From positions 18,997 through 82,996 of the forward strand of contig JAJRXD010000018.1 in the NCBI GenBank assembly GCA_024276465.1: 64,000 bases of DNA. Direction: 5' to 3'. Positions within the stretch are counted from its first letter, which is position 1. Each line of letters begins with the position of its first letter. A model generated the notes under the pieces. It was not told the DNA's origin, ran no database searches, and was given only the letters and a program-made list of their open reading frames with translations. Origin of the DNA: Deltaproteobacteria bacterium (GTDB lineage: Bacteria; Desulfobacterota; WTBG01; CAIYCZ01; CAIRTM01). Positions 61,452-64,000 of this stretch are shown piece by piece. Made by a program: the position numbers and the translations under genes.

Positions 61452-63584
61452 ATGCTGAAAAAGCTGACAATTAAAGGACTTGTTTTGGGGACAGCAGCTG
61501 GTCTTCTGGTAACCCTGTTTGACGGATTTTTCATGTTAACTCCCAAGGCAGCATACATTCCGTACAGCTTCCCGCTGCTTCTTCTCAGCTTTAATATTCT
61601 TTTCTGGATGATGTTTGGCTGGCTGTCCGGTTTTTCCTGCTGGATATTTTTTCGCAGAAAAGAGGGCCTTCGTGAAAAGGAGTATTTTTACAGAGTTGTT
61701 TTTTTTCTTGCACCGTTTGCCATGATTTACGGCCTGGGAGGAAGGCTGCCTACTCCCCACTGGCCTGCGGCTCACCCGCCGCCGGTTTTTGACCACCACC
61801 TGTCTTTTATCTGGGTATCTGTTTTTCTTCTGTTTCTGCTTTTTTATTACAGGAAAAGAAAAGGGGTAAAGTTTTTGTCCTGCTGTTCTTTTCTGCTTGA
61901 CCTGACAGTAATTATTCTGCTTTTTCAGTTCTGCTCAAACATTTCTTGTATAGGAATAATTTCCAGATTATTTCCGGAGAATCTGAAGATTGTTTATACA
62001 GGTGGAGTTCTGTTAATTGCCGGATTTTATTTTCTGTTTTTTTATGCAGTGAAGTTATTTGAAAAAGATGATTCAGCAGGGAGAAATTATTTTGCCTGCT
62101 GGGTTCTGTTTTTTGCTGTAGTTGTTTTATTGCCCTGTTTTTTCCTGCGGGGTGGTAAAAACCCCGGTAATTATTTCCCTCATTCTGATTTAACCAGGGC
62201 AGAAGAAACAGCAAAGCGTCCGGATGTCATACTTATTGTCCTTGATACTGTTCGCGCTGACCGAATGTCTGTTTACGGCAATCAGGGCACCACTGTTAAT
62301 CTTGAGAAGTTTTCCAGAGATGCCCTTGTTTTTGAAAACTGTATTGCATCTTCCTCCTGGACCCTTCCATCACACGCATCCATGTTTACCGGTTTATCTC
62401 CCTCTGAACACGGAAGCCATACTGTTTTAGGCTCAAAAAAAGTTAAATGGTTTGGCGGACATCCTGCCCCCCGCCCCCTTTCTGATAAATTTGTGACCCT
62501 GACAGAAGTTTTCAGGTATAATGGCTATAAAACAGCTGCAATAATATCCAATTTCGGCTTTCTTGCTCCATGGGTCAACATTAAGCAGGGCTTTCAAATC
62601 TATGATTCCCGCAACAATATAGGTATTGTTAACATTGCCTATCCCTTCCGCCCGCTGCTTTACCTGTTTTCTTATGTTTCCAATGTGTCTCCAAAAATTA
62701 TCAGTTCTTTCAGGACTGCAGATGACATAACCGGAGAAACCCTGAAGCTGTTAGACAAAAGAGCCTTTTCCCCCCTCTTTCTTTTTCTTAACTACATGGA
62801 TGCCCATGCTCCAAATTATCCGCCCCGCCCCTTTTCCGGATACTTTCCTGACACACCATTCCCACAGCTTTACAGGTTTAAACAGTACATGCTCAAGTTC
62901 ACGGGAAAACTCAGCAAAAAGTCATGGGATTCATATATGCTTACACAATACGATGCAGAGATAGCTTTTCTTGATGACCAGCTTGGCAGGTTGTTTTCCC
63001 ATCTGAAGGATATTGGAATTTACAACTCTTCTCTTATTATTGTCACATCAGATCACGGGGAGCTTTTTGGTGAGCACGGGCTTTACGGACATAGAAATGC
63101 CATGTATGAAGGTAATGTAAGGATACCCCTTATTATAAAATTCCCTTTCAATGAAAAGGTTGGACGCGAAAAGGCCATGATAACACTTGCAGACCTTTTT
63201 CCCACTGTTCTTTCAATTTGTGAACTCCCGGTTCCTGAGGGTGTTTCAGGAAAAGCATTCGGGAATTCTTCTGCACCTGTTGTTTCAGAACTGTATGATG
63301 CTGATACAGGACTACAACAAATTTTATATGACGAAAAATACAAATACATGGTATATGAACACAGCAGGGGTGATGAACTCTATGATCTGGGCAATGATCC
63401 GATGGAACAGGAAAATTTAGCTGAAAAGCTTCAGGATGTCTCTTTGATGATGAAAAAAAAATTGAAAGAATGGAATAAAATACACAGGCCTAAATATAAT
63501 CTTTTATACAAAATCCAGAAGCCGCTTTCCAGGGATACTATAAAAGGGCTGGAAGCCCTGGGATACATGCAGAATGATGAGTGA
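61452..63584 (+). CDS. membrane-anchored sulfatase-superfamily protein, LtaS/EptA-like, paralog 2
   Basis: Paralog of the 55013 ORF by eye, with shared blocks LFDGFFML, FFLAPFAMIYGLGGR, FDHHLSF, LDTVRADRM and CIASSSWTLPSHAS. Same Thr/His substitution in the FGly motif. Confidence 0.65.
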   Translation: MLKKLTIKGLVLGTAAGLLVTLFDGFFMLTPKAAYIPYSFPLLLLSFNILFWMMFGWLSGFSCWIFFRRKEGLREKEYFYRVVFFLAPFAMIYGLGGRLPTPHWPAAHPPPVFDHHLSFIWVSVFLLFLLFYYRKRKGVKFLSCCSFLLDLTVIILLFQFCSNISCIGIISRLFPENLKIVYTGGVLLIAGFYFLFFYAVKLFEKDDSAGRNYFACWVLFFAVVVLLPCFFLRGGKNPGNYFPHSDLTRAEETAKRPDVILIVLDTVRADRMSVYGNQGTTVNLEKFSRDALVFENCIASSSWTLPSHASMFTGLSPSEHGSHTVLGSKKVKWFGGHPAPRPLSDKFVTLTEVFRYNGYKTAAIISNFGFLAPWVNIKQGFQIYDSRNNIGIVNIAYPFRPLLYLFSYVSNVSPKIISSFRTADDITGETLKLLDKRAFSPLFLFLNYMDAHAPNYPPRPFSGYFPDTPFPQLYRFKQYMLKFTGKLSKKSWDSYMLTQYDAEIAFLDDQLGRLFSHLKDIGIYNSSLIIVTSDHGELFGEHGLYGHRNAMYEGNVRIPLIIKFPFNEKVGREKAMITLADLFPTVLSICELPVPEGVSGKAFGNSSAPVVSELYDADTGLQQILYDEKYKYMVYEHSRGDELYDLGNDPMEQENLAEKLQDVSLMMKKKLKEWNKIHRPKYNLLYKIQKPLSRDTIKGLEALGYMQNDE

Positions 63585-64000
63585 TACAATTCAATATGAT
63601 AAGGGCTCCTTCAGGGACCCGTCCGGGCGCGTTTTTTATTACAAAGATGAGGTGTACCGCTGCCTGAACATGGATGCCTTTTCCCTCATGCAGGAGATTG
63701 AAAAAAACGGCACCCTGAGCAGGCTCACAGAGCTTGGCTATTTAATACCCACTGAACTTGTTCCAGAGGGTACTTCACTGCACAAGACACTGCAGAATGA
63801 GGTGCCCCTTGCTACCCGTTTTTTACACCACGAGAAGGTTCCTGTAATTTCCTACCCGTATGAATGGTCATTTGCAATGCTTGCTGAGGCTGCAAAGCTG
63901 CAGCTGAAATTACAGCTTGAACTCATTGAAAAAGGCTACAGCCTGAAAGATGCTTCAGTGTTCAATGTTCAGTTTATTCACTGCAGGCCGGTTTTTATAG
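63577..64000 (+). CDS. hypothetical protein (possibly a SAM-dependent methyltransferase), 5' partial at window end
   Basis: Open frame runs to the window end. The ATG overlaps the upstream stop by 8 nt. The SYPYEWSF block faintly recalls a methyltransferase family. Confidence 0.3.
   Translation, partial: MSDTIQYDKGSFRDPSGRVFYYKDEVYRCLNMDAFSLMQEIEKNGTLSRLTELGYLIPTELVPEGTSLHKTLQNEVPLATRFLHHEKVPVISYPYEWSFAMLAEAAKLQLKLQLELIEKGYSLKDASVFNVQFIHCRPVFI

Noticed and set aside
1-64000. CRISPR arrays, IS elements, integrases, prophage or plasmid genes
   Set aside because: No evenly spaced direct repeats. No transposase, integrase, phage structural, toxin-antitoxin or restriction-modification signatures in any translated frame.

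Overview
This 64 kb window looks like chromosomal DNA from an anaerobic, probably sulfate-reducer-like deltaproteobacterium (Desulfobacterota). That reading rests on the gene content only: a PerR-desulfoferrodoxin-rubrerythrin operon, a multiheme cytochrome c, SelA and the cobalamin genes cbiK and cobO. Coding density is about 85% and there are no rRNA genes, CRISPR arrays, transposases or integrases. One tRNA is present, tRNA-Leu(CAG), followed by a terminator.

Conserved housekeeping blocks are clear and syntenic: rho-rpmE-prfA-prmC, selA-rluD-coaE, rpoZ, ispH, cobO, queC-lysC, maf, gnd-zwf, cysD-cysN/C and a ribF fusion.

Four accessory modules sit between them and are the most interesting part.

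- c-di-GMP neighbourhood (7.0-13.2 kb): a PilZ::SAM-methyltransferase fusion, a hybrid histidine kinase, an outer-membrane-like protein, an HTH::HD-GYP phosphodiesterase and a stand-alone PilZ. A third PilZ lies at 34.4 kb.
- Candidate undescribed periplasmic redox module (24.6-31.1 kb), all on the + strand:
  - three paralogous small secreted proteins, each behind a strong RBS;
  - a 560-610 aa secreted protein with a CxxC thioredoxin fold, a degenerate thioredoxin fold and an FMN_bind-like C-terminus;
  - a TlpA-like thioredoxin ORF that has no ATG and needs a 1-nt shift in a T8 run;
  - gnd-zwf embedded in the cluster.
- Envelope-modification locus (55-63.6 kb): two paralogous membrane-anchored sulfatase-superfamily proteins in which the formylglycine motif is replaced (Cys to Thr, Arg to His). 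They flank a GT-C-like glycosyltransferase and queC-lysC, bounded by copies of a GC-hairpin repeat family.
- Other accessory genes: a GMC oxidoreductase with a Tat small subunit, a GH57 enzyme, an FG-GAP repeat protein, a K+ channel and a long KamA-family radical SAM protein.

All product assignments come from motif and architecture recognition in the translated ORFs. No database search was possible.
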